A stretch of 64,000 nucleotides of DNA from Naegleria gruberi (taxonomy: Eukaryota): NCBI GenBank assembly GCA_000004985.1, contig GG738854.1. One strand, 5' to 3'. The translations under genes were made by a program, and so were the position numbers. The notes below the pieces were generated by a model, which was given only the letters and a program-made list of their open reading frames with translations, had not been told where the DNA came from and searched no databases. Shown one piece after another: positions 9,802 through 20,930 of this stretch. Every line of letters begins with the position of its first letter. The first letter of the stretch is position 1.

Positions 9802-12024
9802 ATGAACAATAAGAAAAATGATAGAAACTCTAAACAAAAGCATGCTGCTGCTGGAAAGAAAAAACCATCATCTACTTCATCTAGTAGTACATTAGCCATT
9901 AATGATGATAGTGTTAACAACAATACATTTCAGACAGCAACATCGACATGCCATAACCATCACAAGGAAACAAATATGAGCAATGCGGGTGTTAATAGTG
10001 ATGATCATACCGAAGGACATCGCATAAAAGTTGAAAGTAGAATAATAGACTCTCCTACCAATACTTTTACGAATAGCGTTCCATCAGCACATCAACAATA
10101 TGACCTGAATAATGATACTAGAAGAGAATATTCTTCATCATCATCGTCATTGGTATCATCAAGTATTCAATCAAGAGGTTTGGAAGGAATATTCTCTCAA
10201 AAGAATGTGGACACAATGATGAATAATATTATTCAGCAAATATTGTCAACATTATCTGTGCAACAAGAACGCATGAATAACATTGAGCAAAAGCAGGACC
10301 ACGGTTTTGCATCCGGCAATACATCATCCATGTTGGTGCCGAATGCATCCACAGACCAACACCAAAAAATACAAGCATGTACCTCCCATGTAAACCATCA
10401 ACAACCTGAAACTCCATCATCCAATGCAAACCAGCAACAACTAGTTATGGATAGAGGTTCCACATCTTCATTCAATAATGGTAGTGGAGATGTTGGCCTG
10501 CAAGGTTCTTCTTCATTCCCATCTTCATCTCATTCCTTATCCAATAATACCACCAATTCTTCTTCTTCCACCAGTACATCTAGCTCGTCATTTAATGATT
10601 CTAAAAAGTTCATGCTCTCCCCTGGTACTAATTCCTCCACCCTAGAATTTATCAATGCTCATAACAATCCTATGTTAGCATCATCTGCAAATCAACAACT
10701 TCATTCACACAATGATCAGCTATCAGATGCTGGTATAAGTCAATTATTCGAGGAATGCAACCATTCAACATTCAACATTGAGCCGCATTCATCCTTGTCA
10801 CTTACAAAATCCACATCTGAATTCAACTTGGAAGATTATCGAGATTTATTCAGTGATGTCAGATCTGTAAGAGAGTTTGGAGATGATACCACCAGTCAAC
10901 AAGAACCAAACACCACCATGGTGGCCCCACAACTACAATCAAACAACAGCAATAGGCAGCAATCAGGTACAGTACTAGATAATTTAAATGAGCCAATGCT
11001 CTGGGGCATGCTTCGCCAATTGCTCAATAATGATACAAACCCTCAAAATGCTCATCAGTATGCATTCAACAATGTATCTGATACCACTTTGACCGCTAAT
11101 TCATCTAATGCTCCTTCTCCATACTATCAAATGGTCTCTACCACATCGAATATACCACCTCCATCAACCAATAATTTTCAACAGAATACCAATAATTTTC
11201 AGTCTCAACCTTATTCCAATGTTAACAATAATAATATGGCTCAATCTTCCCATAATAACAATAATGGAAATAATGGTAATAATATGAGGCAATTAATTTC
11301 TAATCTATATTCCAACTTGAATACAGGTCGACAATCACAACCTGTACTCAAATTGTCAACAATACCAAATTACCAATCAGAGGAAATAGCAGACGAGGAA
11401 GAAGATACAGAAGATTTCCAATTATCTAACCATCCAGCTGATCCACCAACCCTTGATTCAACCAAGCAAATTTTGGGAAGTATTAGAAAGACTCTGTCAC
11501 ATAAGACCAATAACACACCAAATCAATTTCAACACAAATACGGACAACAGGGAGTTCAACAAAAACCCAGTGATGGATTTATCAAATGGCTCTCTGGGCA
11601 ATCGAATCAACAGAATAAGGAGCAAGAAACTGAACTGGTGGAAGAAGCCACTCATCATCAACCAAATTCCAACATGTCTCAATTTAAATTTTATAATGAA
11701 ATGATCTCTGAAAGGAATAACATCCATCCTGCCTCCTCTTCTAGCGATAATACTCCTTCTCATAGTAATAACAGCAATAATCCAATGAAACCTCTCAAAA
11801 TTTTTCAACATGATCCACACAAACAAAAGAGGAAGAAGGATTTACAAAATGGAGAACACATTATCAATTTCCAATCCCCTCAATCCTCTTCAGATAGTAT
11901 AACAACCACAACCACCTCAACAGAATCCACCCCTTGTCCTGAAAAGAATGTAAAAAGAAAACGTAAAGACGACAAGAAGAATGAAACCTCCACAACGAAG
12001 AGTACAAAGAAAAGAAAAGACTGA
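9802..12024 (+). CDS. Low-complexity Asn/Ser/Gln-rich protein with basic KRKRK C-terminus (putative nuclear protein)
   Basis: 740-aa ORF with poly-Ser, poly-Asn and poly-Gln stretches. The C-terminal KKNVKRKRKDDKK…KKRKD looks like an NLS. No identifiable catalytic domain. Confidence 0.45.
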   Translation: MNNKKNDRNSKQKHAAAGKKKPSSTSSSSTLAINDDSVNNNTFQTATSTCHNHHKETNMSNAGVNSDDHTEGHRIKVESRIIDSPTNTFTNSVPSAHQQYDLNNDTRREYSSSSSSLVSSSIQSRGLEGIFSQKNVDTMMNNIIQQILSTLSVQQERMNNIEQKQDHGFASGNTSSMLVPNASTDQHQKIQACTSHVNHQQPETPSSNANQQQLVMDRGSTSSFNNGSGDVGLQGSSSFPSSSHSLSNNTTNSSSSTSTSSSSFNDSKKFMLSPGTNSSTLEFINAHNNPMLASSANQQLHSHNDQLSDAGISQLFEECNHSTFNIEPHSSLSLTKSTSEFNLEDYRDLFSDVRSVREFGDDTTSQQEPNTTMVAPQLQSNNSNRQQSGTVLDNLNEPMLWGMLRQLLNNDTNPQNAHQYAFNNVSDTTLTANSSNAPSPYYQMVSTTSNIPPPSTNNFQQNTNNFQSQPYSNVNNNNMAQSSHNNNNGNNGNNMRQLISNLYSNLNTGRQSQPVLKLSTIPNYQSEEIADEEEDTEDFQLSNHPADPPTLDSTKQILGSIRKTLSHKTNNTPNQFQHKYGQQGVQQKPSDGFIKWLSGQSNQQNKEQETELVEEATHHQPNSNMSQFKFYNEMISERNNIHPASSSSDNTPSHSNNSNNPMKPLKIFQHDPHKQKRKKDLQNGEHIINFQSPQSSSDSITTTTTSTESTPCPEKNVKRKRKDDKKNETSTTKSTKKRKD

Positions 12025-12091
12025 TTTTCACTAGTTTGGCAATGAACTATATGAAATTAAACACTGATTATTTGGAAATGAAATTTATATC

Positions 12092-13165
12092 TTAATAGTT
12101 GGAATAGTTAAATGTGCCTTCAATGGACTTAATCTCTGCCATATAATCTTTTCTTGCCTCAACATCAGCAATCATCCAATCCATAATGAAACGAAGGAAT
12201 AGTTTGCCATCGCATCGTATATATACAATGTTTGAAGAGCTGGATTCTCTTCTGAGTGAAGGTGAGGATGGGAACCTTTCAAATTTTTTCTTTGTGAAAG
12301 ATGAGCTTGAGGATGGAGAGTAAGGATTCGAATAAGAAGAACTTAAACTTCCATATAAAGAAGTGGATGATTTTCTGTGAGATCTAGAAGCAACCATCAA
12401 CGGGGTTGGGGAGGACTCACTATTTGACAATTTTGAAAATTCTCTCAACATGAGCAATAATGAATCAGGAGAAAGTGCCAAAAGCTCTGAAATATTTTCC
12501 TTCAAAATATTGGAAAAGTTTCTTGCCATCTCCAAAATTACACTTTTCATAATTGAATGCAACAAGTTAGTATCCACAACTCCTCTATCTACACCACTGT
12601 ACACATCATTGATAAAACTTCCATCGTAAACTTTGATCAATTGTCCAAAAAGTTTAAAACAATTCTGAGGTGAAATGTTCATTTGAATTTCATGCTTCAA
12701 ATGTGAAGCTAATGAACCTTGAATCATGTATTTTTGTGAGAAAATTAGGAGGGAGAGACCTTCTTCATCGAGTGAGTATTCTAAACTACCAGTGTAAAAG
12801 CTTTTTACAATTTTGTAAAGTGCTGTTTCTTCGAATAAATCATCAAGGATCAGTTGACCACATAAATTCTCTGAAAAATTGTTGGAGGAGAAGAGTGTTT
12901 GGAAGAATTCAGAATTTATGGATAGAATGCCTTTGTAAACTGAAAGAGTTTGTTGTAATTTTGTAAGAACAATTTGAAAATCTGAAAATTGTGAATTGTC
13001 GAATAATTTTGCAGTGAAATTCGAAACATCCTGAACGTAAACTTTCTTATCTTCATAGGAACGGTTAGTTGAGGATTGAAGGAAGGCTGGAACAGTAGAA
13101 ACTGATGAACGAGACATTTTTTTCTTATTGAAAATTGTTTCGTTTAAGAATTTTTCTTTTATCAT
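12092..13165 (-). CDS. BTB/POZ domain protein
   Basis: 357 aa. The N-terminal region DFQIVLTKLQQTLSVYKGILSINSEFFQTLF…LILDDLFEETALYKIVKSFYTGSLEYS…LLIFSQKYMIQGS matches the BTB fold consensus (hxxHkxVLaaxSxyFxxmF…FxxLLxFiYTG). The C-terminus is Ser-rich. Confidence 0.6.
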   Translation of the reverse strand: MIKEKFLNETIFNKKKMSRSSVSTVPAFLQSSTNRSYEDKKVYVQDVSNFTAKLFDNSQFSDFQIVLTKLQQTLSVYKGILSINSEFFQTLFSSNNFSENLCGQLILDDLFEETALYKIVKSFYTGSLEYSLDEEGLSLLIFSQKYMIQGSLASHLKHEIQMNISPQNCFKLFGQLIKVYDGSFINDVYSGVDRGVVDTNLLHSIMKSVILEMARNFSNILKENISELLALSPDSLLLMLREFSKLSNSESSPTPLMVASRSHRKSSTSLYGSLSSSYSNPYSPSSSSSFTKKKFERFPSSPSLRRESSSSNIVYIRCDGKLFLRFIMDWMIADVEARKDYMAEIKSIEGTFNYSNY

Positions 13166-13559
13166 TCAACCAAATTTCATGCAGTTACCTTTTTTGGAGT
13201 GAATATTTTGATCATGCTTACCAATTTGCAAAAAAAGATCAATCTGATAATCTATTAATAATGCACACAATTGATTGTTGATCGTTGAATCTCTGTAAAT
13301 GACATTCGTTGATTGCTGACAGAGTTTGATTGAAACAATGCAAACTTATTAACACCAAACAGTAGATAACCACACCACCTTCCAGAATGCATTCTCTTCT
13401 AATTTACTTTTCTTTCAAACTTACTTTCAATTTATAAAATTAAGCAATGTTAAATTTCCTTAATATATAATTTTTAATATTCTTGCATTTTCGTACCTAG
13501 TTAACTTATTGATTCACTAATTCTTTCATAGGACTAATAAATTTCCAAATTCTCAATAG

Positions 13560-13965
13560 CGTACGAATTGAAAAATTGTAAAAACAATTTCACCTTCCAA
13601 ATAAATACATATTCTCACCTCCAAATATGGCCATACTCAAACATTATCGAAATTCACAACAATTACTCAGCCATTCTCCAAACCGACAAGATTATTCAAA
13701 CACCTACCCATTCATCATCCATTCCTCAATTTTCCTTCATCCAATTCCTCTTGCTCATCATTTCCGAAACCTCGCCATTCATCATGCAACATCACCTCAT
13801 CACCATTTTTGAACCAATCAAAATGCAACCCTCAACAACAATATTTCCATTCTCACAATGCAACATCACTTCCCAAACAGCCCATTCTCACAATTCACAA
13901 GCAAAATGCATTTTCAGAATCTGCATTATCGTTGTTGAATCAAATACACAACAACAACGCATAGA
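13560..13965 (+). promoter_or_regulatory. Strongly G-depleted, CAT-rich tract (putative 5' UTR/promoter of the LOG gene)
   Basis: About 400 nt on the + strand with G at roughly 1 in 15 positions and repeated CATTCTC / CATCATC / CAACAAC motifs. It ends at the ATG at 13971. ORF 13568..13978 inside it has no coding character. Confidence 0.4.
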
Positions 13966-13970
13966 AAAAA

Positions 13971-14902
13971 ATGTCTAGCCAACCAACCAATTCAACATGC
14001 TCTTCTGATTGTTCTGCTTCAACTGTTGCTGCAGAAAAGCCAAAACTTTCCTTTGTTGTTTATTGTGCTTCGAGTAGTAAATTGGATGAAAAGTATTTTA
14101 GTGCTGCAACACAAGTTGGTGAGACTTGTGCTCAGAATGGAATTGGAGTGAGATATGGAGGTGGTAATTGTGGTTTGAGTAAGTATTTATGATGAGAATG
14201 CAACTTTTAATTATTCTATTTAATGTTCAATATATTTAATACAATTTAATAATAATATTGAAAAATATTTAATATACGTCTGATGATGAAATAAATTATC
14301 GGAATGCATACAATAGTGGGTACTGTTGCCAAATCATGCATGGATAAGGGTGGATACGTTGTAGGTGTCATCCCAAAGTTCATGGTTGATAAACAATGGG
14401 GAATGGAAAGAAATTTCATCTCTGAATTGGTCATTACCGAAACAATGCACGAAAGAAAAGCCAAAATGATCGAAGATACCGATGCCTGTGTTGCTTTACC
14501 AGGTGGTGTTGGCACCTTTGAAGAATTACTTGAAGGTTCGTTTTGCATTTCATCAATTTCTAATTTTCTTCCAAATTCAAATCCACACTTTCTCAACTTT
14601 CTTAATTTCTCAATTTCTCAAATTTCTTAATAATTTCCCAAAACAATTCTCAATTCATGATAACAGTAATCACTTGGAAAAAGCTTGGAATTTACTGCAA
14701 ACCAATTATCATTGTCAATGTCGATGGATACTACGATCCATTAATTCAATTATTCAACAATGCAGTCAATGAAAAATTCATGAATCCTAAACATTTGGAT
14801 TTATTCTCAGTTGTTAGTAAGGGAGAAGATGTTGTCAAGGCATTCGAAACTGCAGTTCCATGGGATAAGAATAATATTGAATTCATTTCTGAACTTCTTT
14901 AA
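13971..14902 (+). CDS. LOG: LOG family protein (cytokinin riboside 5'-monophosphate phosphoribohydrolase / lysine-decarboxylase-like), 3 exons
   Basis: Exons about 13971..14178, 14317..14535 and 14667..14902. Introns 14179..14316 (GTAAGT…AG) and 14536..14666 (GTTCGT…AG). Spliced product: …VYCASSS…VRYGGGNCGLMGTVAKSCMDKGGYVVGVIP…[60 protein letters not shown]… This matches the LOG signatures GGGxxGLMG, PGGxGTxEEL and the TW…KP…NxxGYY block. Confidence 0.75.
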
Positions 14903-15047
14903 GTTTCAGAAAAAAACAGAAAATTTCAAAAAGTAAAAACAATAAAAAAGTTAAATGACATGATTAATAATTCAAAATGACAATGCTCGATCTGTATTTT
15001 GAATTGAAAATTTCTTTGACATTTGTCACTTTAAAAAAAATCAAAAA

Positions 15048-17085
15048 ATGATTAATAAATGGTTTGGCAGTTCGTCATCACCACCGCCACAAGTTTCTTT
15101 TGGAAAGATAAATTCACCAACCAAGTTACCAACTAATTCAAAAGTTTCGGATGAAATTGAACAAAATATTCGAAAGGCTGCAAATGCAATTTTAAAGCAA
15201 GATTGGGAAGTTTTGCAAAATATAAATCTGGAATTGATCATTAATGATAATTCGGTGCAAGGAGAAACATTATTAATGACAGCTGTCAGAAAAAAATGTT
15301 CAAGAGAAATTATTGAATTTTTGGCTCAAGTTTCGAATATTGATTTTATGGTGGTACGTAAATAATTTCACAATTTAAATAATTTAATGTTTGAATAGAA
15401 AAATGTAAGTTTTTTTATTCGAAATACAAGAAATAATTCGAAACTTTATTAGCTTGAGGGAGAAAGTCTTTTAGAAGTAGCTATTCGAAACAAACGATAC
15501 AATACTATAAATCTCTTGAGAAAGAAATACAAGGTTTCTAATGAAATTCGTCCCAAATATTTAATTCAATATTTGTATGCAAAATTGATTTACAGTGATT
15601 CGAATAATTTTGAGGACTTTAGTCTTGACAGTTCTGGAGAGATTAATTGCAATTTCCTTTCGAATTCAAAAGAAGTGGCTTGTCAATTTTTCGAATATGC
15701 AAATTCGTACAGGTCTCTATTGGAAAGTATTGTAAACAAGTCAACTGCCAATGCCATGTCAGTAAGATATATTCTTTCACACAAATCAGTGACATTTGAA
15801 TGTTGGGAGGAATATATTGTGAAAATGTTTGCTGAGATGATGGCGTACAGCTATCCTCATATAATTCAAAAACCAATTTCCTCACCAGAATTAGTCAATC
15901 CTGAAATTGACAGATCAGCAAGATGTGTCATTTCAGGAAATAGAAAAAACAAGCTAACAAAAGTCAAATTGAATGGAATCGAAGTTTTAGAGAAATTTTC
16001 TACAGAAAATGATTTACAAAATGAATTGGACGTTTTTAAGAAAATCAAATGTGACGGAGTTGTTAAATTATTACACGACTTTACTGATGAATATGGAATT
16101 ACTCATTTAATTTTGGAATTGATGGATTGTTCATTGGCTGATTGTTCAACACAATTGACTAATTTTGGAGTTGATAATTTTGGAATGTTAATTCAGGTAT
16201 TATTTATTTGTGTGAAATGTTGTGAAACAATGAAATATTTGCATCGTGATAATATTATTCATTATGATATTAAACCTGCAAATATTTTAATTAACATGAC
16301 AGAGGTTGATGGAATTAAACTTGTTAAGGATGTGAAAATTGCAGACTTTGATGTTTCATTAATTGTTGAAAATGTTGAAACTTATTCAGCAACCATTGGA
16401 GGAACATATCAATATATGGTAAGTCATAATAATGTGATTTCTTGTATTAAAAGTTGTATCAACAAAGGCACCTGAGTTATACGAAAGATTACCTTTCCAA
16501 AAAGCGCAAAATAACTCAATGGAATATGTGTTAACTGCATTTGACGTGTATAGTTTTGGAGTCACCATGTTTGAGTTATTGGCTCGTAGGCATGTTGAAA
16601 CGGATGAGAGATTAGAGTCATTTTTATCTGCTAAAGAACTATTAGAAACATTTCCTTGCTTAACACATGATCAAGCTAGAAAATTAGTCAAAATTGGAAA
16701 CAGTTGTTTAGAAGCAGATCCTAAAAAGAGACCACCATTCGAAAAATTACACAAGTACTTCCTTGAGGTAACTGCTAGTATTTTGAAGAAACCAAAATCA
16801 GAAAGAAATCAGTTATATTCTCTGAGTTTGCAGCAATCTGATAGATATAAGATTCCTCAGCCAGTTTCTAATAACCATTTCACCGAACAAATTACTAAGC
16901 CATCCATAATTGAAAGTCCTGAGAAAAAAGACAAAAAACAATTAACCAACCCTCGCAGGAACCATTCCTCTAATAAGAGAATTGAGAAAGTAAGAGATAT
17001 TGAGCATACAAAAGGCTCTCCAAATGGAGACGAGATTAGGGCAGAAAACAGTGTTGGCAATAGAGGAAACCCAACTCAAAGATAA
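15048..17085 (+). CDS. Ankyrin-repeat protein kinase (atypical HYD/DFD catalytic motifs), 3 exons
   Basis: Exons about 15048..15353, 15453..16418 and 16468..17085. Introns 15354..15452 (GTACGT…AG) and 16419..16467 (GTAAGT…AG). Exons 1-2 join to ankyrin repeats GETLLMTAVRKKCSREIIEFL…LEGESLLEVAIRNKRYNTINLL. Kinase motifs: LHRDNIIHYDIKPANILIN (catalytic loop), KIADFDVS (DFG position), GTYQYM|APELYE (APE restored across intron 2), DVYSFGVTMFELL. Confidence 0.7.
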
Positions 17086-17129
17086 ATTGTAATACTAACT
17101 CTTTCCAGCATGAGATATTTATCAAAAAA

Positions 17130-18439
17130 CTAGTTTTCAGTTTGAAAACTAATTGCCTTATTAACTATCCTCCTCGTTTCTGGTTTTAATAACAGCAGAG
17201 CATCAGGATTATTCCGATAATGGTCCAATAAATTAGTTGTTTCATTGTGAGCTCTCCTCGTTCCATAAAAATGATACATTTCATCGAATGGCTTGACATC
17301 CGTATGAGGTTGCAATCCAGAATTAATTAATTCCAAGCTCGTAGCAGGTTGCTGGCAATAAACACATTTCTCTAATAATCCTTCAGTAACTAGTTGACCA
17401 GGACAATTTAAAAAATTGTCTTGTTCTTTGTAATATTCCAATTCTGCAAAAGATAATCGATTATTGTCAGTTGTCATTGAATAATCGGCAGCAGTAAGAA
17501 TGTCTTGATCTGAATCATCCATTACTGGTGTTACTACTTGTTGCATTCTCTCTATAGTCTTGCTGTAATTATAAGTTACACAATCTTCACACAAACAGCA
17601 ATGATAACATGGAACAAACTGATAAACTGGTGGAGCACTCAAACATATCACACAAGTTTCAGTTTTCAAATCAGATGGTTTCGAATAGACATTATCAGTC
17701 ATGTGAGATTGATTGCTTCCCATTTTCATTTCCTATTTTTGTTTACAATTTCAATATTTAAAAATCAAGAAGAATCAGAATCACTTACAATCTTTTCTTC
17801 AACTTGTTTCAAATCACTTTCCAATCTATTACGATGCATAACTAATTGTTGTAAATTCATATTCGAAAGAGTATCTACAGCACTTTTAACAGTTGCCAAA
17901 GGTCCATGATTTTCCAAAACTCTTCTCAATTCTCCTCCTCCATTCAACCTCTCAGCAATCAAGTGGTCCAATCCATAATTCACCATATCATGAATTAATC
18001 TATTCAATGAAAACAATGCATATCCATAATAACATATATACAATACTTTTGATAAAAAAGAATCAAATCCAATTCCCAATCTCCATATGTGATATAAAAC
18101 AACAAATGAATCAGGAAAGCCACAAACATAAATCAACACATAATCAGCACTATTAATCGTCTGATTATACAAGAATACTAAATTCGGGATTAAAATATAG
18201 AAAATTGTCTTGAAACCAATAGATGAAACTCTTCTATTCATCATTGGATCCAGTGCCATTTGATCAAATTCATCGTCATCATAGAACCACCAATTATTAT
18301 ACTTTAATATTAGAAAAATCAATCCGATTGTGATGGGACTACATAGTATGGTCAGTATTCGTATGAGTTTGTGATAGAAGGCTCTATCACGTTCGGGAAT
18401 TGGAGAAGGCACAATAAGATTGATGAGGAATTTGTGCAT
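17130..18439 (-). CDS. Multi-pass membrane protein with C-terminal RING (C3HC4) finger, putative E3 ubiquitin ligase, 2 exons
   Basis: The ORF-track entries 17765..18439 and 17130..17729 join through a 56-nt intron (minus strand GTAAGT…ATAG, about 17733..17788), giving …KQVEEKI|EMKMGSNQSH… in frame. The upstream exon has several TM helices and a coiled coil. The downstream exon has CVICLSAPPVYQFVPCYHCCLCEDCV, a RING signature. Confidence 0.55.
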
Positions 18440-18542
18440 TTTTTTTTAATTATTATTAATTTTTAAATTGATTGTTGGCGGGAAAAGAAACATGCGCAAA
18501 TTTGGGAACTATTTACAAATAAACTTTTACTTTACAATAATT

Positions 18543-19373
18543 TTAAAAGATGTGATCGTAAAATCTTTCAGTGAAAATACAATCCATATTTGTGGCCTCT
18601 GTAACCATAACAATAGTATTGTGTCTCAAAGAGTGTTTCAAATCCATGTAAGCCCTTTTCAATACTTTGGTGACATTGGCATTAGGAGTGAAAATGTGCA
18701 AGATTTGCTTTTGCCAAACATCTTCATTTTGAACGCACTTGTTGGCTGTTGTTACTCCTTCCAATTTCTTCTTCAACAAGACTGTGGCATCTTCCATAGA
18801 GAAGTGATCAAATACTTGACCATTCTTGTTTGGTTTGATATATTTGAAAGCTCTGGTGACAGAGACTCCATATTTCTTTCCATTGATAACAACCAAAAAG
18901 TCTGTCTTTTTACAATGCTCATTGACATAGTCAATTTCCATTTCAGTTTTGGTCAATTGAGCATTAAACATTCTTGTTACAATTTCACAAGACAAGGTTT
19001 CAGAAAATATACTACAACCACCAGCATTCTCTTCTTGAAAGACACGTCTAGATCCTTCACACATTCCTTGAGAAATCATTTTAAACATTTCCTGATTATT
19101 CTTGACATCAGAATTCAAATGTTTGGCCTTCTTTTGATTGGTTGGATAAGCTCTGTGCGTAATAAATGCAGGTTGATGAATATTATCAAATGCTCTTTCA
19201 GCCTTGTGATGGAAATCATAATAATTAGTTTCAATAATAAAATCATCACGAATCTTGTAAGTATTCGCTATAGAACGTTTCTTTCGTTGCTGCTGTTCTT
19301 TAGTCCTGCAAAAGATACGAAAGTCGTAATTTACTGGAGCCACAACTGGAAAGATACAGCCCATATTGGCCAC
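18543..19373 (-). CDS. Hypothetical globular protein (unknown family)
   Basis: 276-aa ORF with normal complex composition (…KKYGVSVTRAFKYIKPNKNGQVFDHFSMEDATVLLKKKLEGV…). The overlapping + strand ORF 18468..19400 is low-complexity and hydrophobic, so the minus strand is preferred. The poly-Q/N ORF 19300..19596(-) could be an upstream exon. Confidence 0.4.
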   Translation of the reverse strand: MANMGCIFPVVAPVNYDFRIFCRTKEQQQRKKRSIANTYKIRDDFIIETNYYDFHHKAERAFDNIHQPAFITHRAYPTNQKKAKHLNSDVKNNQEMFKMISQGMCEGSRRVFQEENAGGCSIFSETLSCEIVTRMFNAQLTKTEMEIDYVNEHCKKTDFLVVINGKKYGVSVTRAFKYIKPNKNGQVFDHFSMEDATVLLKKKLEGVTTANKCVQNEDVWQKQILHIFTPNANVTKVLKRAYMDLKHSLRHNTIVMVTEATNMDCIFTERFYDHIF

Positions 19374-20852
19374 AAAGAAGATGATGTTGAGTTGGAGTAG
19401 TCATGTTGAATTGATTGTGGTTGATAAATTCTTCCTTCTTGATCATCATCTTGTTGTTGTGATGTTGTTGTTGTTGTTCGTACTTTTCTTCTTGCTGGAA
19501 CATTTCAAACCGATCATGGAAAGCAACTTGATGATTCATCATTTGTTGTTGTTGGTTAGGGTAATGGCGATTATTATTATTGTTATTGATCATCATCTTT
19601 GTGTGGTATAGTGGTGGTGGTTATTAAAGTATACTTTGATTTGTTATTATTATAATGGTTTATAGAGTGGATTACGAGAGAAATTGTGTGTTGTTTGGTC
19701 AAAGAAGCTACTACTTGTTCTATTTTGCTAAAATTATAAATATCTCTAGAGAGAAATTAATGAATGTTTTTTTGTGTTGTCTATTGCGAATTTGCATTAG
19801 AGGAAGAACTTGGTACCAACATCAACATTATTTTTAGATTGTAAAGTATGCTTGCGCGCCATTTATTGTTGTTATATTTTTGAAATAATAATAAATAACG
19901 ATATTTGTTTAAAAAATAGAAGGACCTGTTGATGGATCTTCATCAAATATTTTCACAAAATCAAAAACATGAATCATGACTAATGAACATATGAATTCAT
20001 CCATTCCAGTATTAAATTGAGTATTAATTCATCAACATCTAGATTATGAATTTTCCAAAAACAAACGAACATCATCAACCACACTTCGGAAGTAAATTAG
20101 CGTCATCTCTGATAACAAAAGTATTTTACCACATTATCTCTTATTTCCGTAGTGCATGATTAAACAGTAGTCGATAATTAATTGAGATTCCAAACACATT
20201 AATTGATATCATGACATCCTTCTTTGCAAAATCATCACACTCCAACTCTACATCAATTGACTTTATGAAACACAATCATCCCAAATCGTAAACATGTCCA
20301 TCCTTTTATGTTCAGGCAAGCATTGATAATTTCCTTCCGAGGCCATCATTCACTCAATTTATTTTAATCCCATTTGATGAATACTTATTGCACAACAGGC
20401 TGACTCTTTTATTGGATTGAGTAATATTCAACTACCGATAATGATGTTATCGAAATACAAAACCCACATCAGTTGAATAAGGACGCAATTTAGAATGCCT
20501 TTCTGACCACCATCAACGCACACAAAGTGTCAGTTAAGCGCTTCTCTCCACTAAAATTGTTTGATGGCTCATGACAAATTGCCTCAAACGCAAGGAAACT
20601 ACAATTTTAAAAAAAAGCATTCTTTTAGCCTCATTGGTTTGTTACTCGTTTTTTTGAAGAATGCCAGCTATTGTTATGAGTGGCACTACTGCCACAAGTA
20701 AAGTGATGGGATTTCACGGTTCTTTATTGGTTTGTATTTTAATGATTTCACTCTTTTTGGTTGACAAATATCATCATACAATGCCATGCTAATGTTTTAT
20801 TGGAATATCTTGTTGGAAATAATAGAAAGGTGGAACCATTACTCAAACAATT

Positions 20853-20909
20853 GTAAGTTTGTTTACTCTTTCGAATAGAAATTTTTACTTTCCAATAATT
20901 CATTGATAG
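20853..20909 (+). other. Putative 5'-UTR intron immediately upstream of the giant gene start codon
   Basis: GTAAGT at 20853 and …TTGATAG at 20909, 21 nt before the ATG at 20931. An in-frame TAG lies just upstream of the donor, so it is non-coding. A 43-codon uORF (MPAIVMSGTTATSKVMGFHGS…) lies at about 20661..20792. Confidence 0.3.
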
Positions 20910-20930
20910 ATCGGTGCTGTAATTTCAAGC

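Noticed and set aside
9292-9812. Overlapping small ORFs 9292..9609 and 9309..9812 upstream of the 9802 gene
   Set aside because: They are in different frames from each other, rich in rare residues (Cys/Trp), have no motif, and run into the start of the real gene. They are most likely 5' UTR or intergenic.
13568-13978. 136-aa ORF inside the G-depleted tract
   Set aside because: Open only because the G-poor strand lacks TAG/TGA. His/Ile/Gln-rich nonsense. It overlaps the LOG start codon in another frame.
18468-19400. 310-aa + strand ORF
   Set aside because: The translation is hydrophobic low-complexity junk. It mirrors the minus-strand ORF 18543..19373, which has protein-like composition, so it is a shadow ORF.
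19380-19600. TTG/GTT trinucleotide-rich stretch as a microsatellite
   Set aside because: It is the coding strand complement of a poly-Gln/Asn (CAA/AAC) run in ORF 19300..19596(-). It is imperfect and short, so it is not a notable satellite.
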